Origin: Amphiscolops sp. MND2022
Taxonomy: Eukaryota
NCBI GenBank assembly: GCA_964187785.1
Contig: OZ076409.1
Location: 89,530,001 to 89,594,000, forward strand
Reading direction: 5' to 3'
Length of the DNA stretch: 64,000 nt
Shown here piece by piece: positions 61,552 through 64,000 of this stretch; position 1 is the stretch's first letter, and the number at the start of each line of letters is the position of its first letter. The notes below the pieces were generated by a model that was given only the letters and a program-made list of their open reading frames with translations, was not told the origin of the DNA and did not search any database. Made by a program: the position numbers and the translations under genes.

Positions 61552-64000
61552 ATATTTAATATTATTAGGGCTTCGTAGATATGCCACAGGGAGAAGCTTC
61601 CGTAATTAAATCAACGGGTTTGCACGACATGGTTCACACAGACAGACACAAATCCAAAAACACGACTTGTTGTCTGCCCAAAAATACCTAGGATACTTCC
61701 GTATTAGATTAAGCCATCTCTGTTTCAGGTTTAGTTGGTTGAAAAAGTCAAGGTGCTTCTGTAATGTATTGATTCTAAATCCAGTTCGGTACCAGCAATT
61801 TTGGCGTTGCGCTCCGTAGTAATATTCTTAACTGTCTTCCTTCACGTTTGATTTCATAGTGGTCGGTAACGTCAACTGTGTAGTAGCCGTTGATGATGTT
61901 ACTGAACAACACAAAATCCCTCGGAACCTTGTCATAAAGCGGTGGTAATACATTCGTCGGAAATACTGAGTCAGTGTAGTTTGTTACGCAGATCCAATTG
62001 AGGGCTTTCGCATTGAAATGTTCATTTAATTTGTGCTCAGCCTTTTTCAGTTCCCATCTTTCAGAACCGAACAACCGTGTCATGGTTATGATAGCTCTGT
62101 AATGGTGTATTTTTGTAGTTTTGGCGAGTGACTGATGGGTGTTCGTCTTCAAAAGTTACAAACACTTTAGGGCTTCCGAGATACAATATTCCTCGTGTTC
62201 TTTCCAGTTTAAGGATTCATTGACAATGAGCCCTACATCTTTGGAGGACAATTCACGCTCCAGTATTTGATCTCCCAGCAGTAAGGCTACGTCTGTTGTT
62301 CTTTTGGTGTTTTTTCCAGTCGCAAGTTCGATCACGGAGCACTTCTTGGAACAAAACACGAGACAGTTTTGTGTTCTCCAGGAGTTTAATTTATCAATGT
62401 CACTTTGCAAGCGTTCCAGTTGCTCTGGACTACCACTGTAGATTAGTTTCAAGTCACCAGCAAACAGTAGCGCCACTGAGGAAAACACAACACTCGGTAG
62501 ATCAGGTTTGTATATCAAAAAACAAGACGAGAACAACTAAAGTCGGCGCTATATCTAAGGCTCAAAAAGCGCAAAACATTTTTTTGGAAAAAAATTTCAA
62601 ATTTTTGAAATTTTTTTTTTCGGAAAATGTCGCACAGTGCCAAAAAAAGTAAAAGGGGGCCCTTTTTGATTTATAAACATGCATTCTGTTGCAAAATAAC
62701 AAAAAACTCAAAGGGGGGACCCTTTGGGACATTCAAAAATTTTCGAAAATAAAGTCGCACAGTGTCGAAAAAATTAAAAGGGGACCCCTTAGTCTCGGCC
62801 GGTTTTGTAGGTTACGTTAAAAAAGTAAAAACTGAAAGGAGCGACCCTTTGGAGACAGAAAAAATTTCGAAAAAAAATCGCCCCGTGCCGAAAAAAAATC
62901 GAAAGGCGGGACTTTTTAGTCCCGTCCGGTTTTGTCAATATATTTTGAGAGTGTCACAGGACGATAGTTTTTAACATTTATTCTTTCGTTTTCTTTGTGG
63001 ATTGGTGAAACCATTCCTTCTTTCCATTCAGTCCGAATTTTAGATAGTCTTTTTATGTTCGAGTACAAGAGTTTAAGCCACCGCGTTACCTCCACTCCCT
63101 TCGCCCGTAAAAATGCTGCGGAAAGCCCGTCGGCACCACGGCTTTTACTGATGTTGAGCCTCTGCAGATCTTCGCTGTTTCAATTCATTGATATGGAAAG
63201 TGATGTCCCCAAACTCCACTTGCTCAGTTGGGATGAAGATGGAATAATCAGGATCCGTTTCAATAGAAACAAAGTACTTATTGAGAAGCTCTGCTTTGTT
63301 GTATTCCTTAGTTGCAACTTCGTTTGTTTCGCCATTAACTCCTCTCCTGGGAAAATTTTCTTTTTGCTAGCTCTTCAGACACTTGAAAATTCTTTGACCA
63401 TTTTTTCCGGCGAAAAGTTTTGTTTCGTAGTCGCTTCTGTCCCTTTCTGGTAGTTCCGGGCATCTAGACTCCAAAAGGATCACTTTGCTTGAAATCTCAG
63501 AAGTTTTTCTTTGTTGACTTCGTCTAGCAGTTGACAGTTTAATCAGCACGTGTGATGTTTCATTTGATACCCATGGGGATATTTCTGTCTCTTTTTTGTC
63601 CGTTTTGGAGTTTATTTATTCATCATTGAATAAATCCAAAGGTACCATAGATTTACATTACCATCAACATTGCAATAACAATACGGCCCGAAAGGTTGAA
63701 CAGCCATTTCAGCTAGCAGAGAATGGTAGTCTCAACGGCAGTAACTTTTTTTGACTATTAAATTTTTCTGTAATTCGTACATTTGTCGTTAGTTCAATTG
63801 TTAAGGGGATATGACTTGAGAAGCCTTCCATGCCTGCCTTTTTTCGCAATGGCACCGATGAATGATTCCTCTGTTATAGTACAAGGTCCAAACAGGAACT
63901 TTTCGTGGTTTTGAAGTTCACCATCTGAATCAACCAGCAGTCTTCTATGAAGGAAAGAATTTGTTGCTCGTAAATGTCTGCAGATTGGTAGGTGTCCCAA
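61552..64000 (-). mobile_element. Duplicate of the CR1-like LINE (continues beyond the window), with a HINE-like copy at ~62521-62935
   Basis: Near-identical to 45365-47813. Confidence 0.85.

Larger units (their letters stand above)
37032..64000. repeat. ~16.2-kb tandem segmental duplication (37032-53227 repeated from 53228 past the window end)
   Basis: All ORFs recur at +16187 to +16196 (e.g. 40782/56969, 42141/58328, 47607/63794) with only scattered SNPs; junction GCCTGAA|AC|AACCC. Confidence 0.95.

Overview
Eukaryotic (invertebrate animal-like), AT-rich, heavily transposon-derived DNA; no prokaryotic operons or CRISPR locus. Only one intact host gene is visible: a 5-exon N-acetylglucosamine-6-phosphate deacetylase (AMDHD2/nagA, minus strand, 25990-30764, 392 aa) whose GT-AG splice phases all join and whose catalytic motifs are intact. 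The rest is nested, mostly decayed mobile DNA: a Ty3/Gypsy element with both LTRs and a TGTAC target-site duplication (4538-9972); a 1.78-kb solo LTR with ATACC TSD that carries a long reading frame and a set of short palindromes; several APE-type LINEs (one with a 2A/StopGo-like NPGP motif, one with a PHD-finger ORF1); CRE-like RLE retrotransposon fragments; a multi-copy DINE-1/HINE-like non-autonomous element; hAT and GG..CC foldback MITEs with 8-bp TSDs; and a ~180-bp degenerate satellite. Three head-to-tail duplications (2,438 bp, ~2,850 bp and ~16.2 kb) account for much of the window. The best novelty candidates are a GC-rich structured segment in AMDHD2 intron 1, the ORF- and palindrome-bearing solo LTR, the 2A-like motif and the HINE-like family. 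All alignments and counts were done by eye and should be confirmed computationally.
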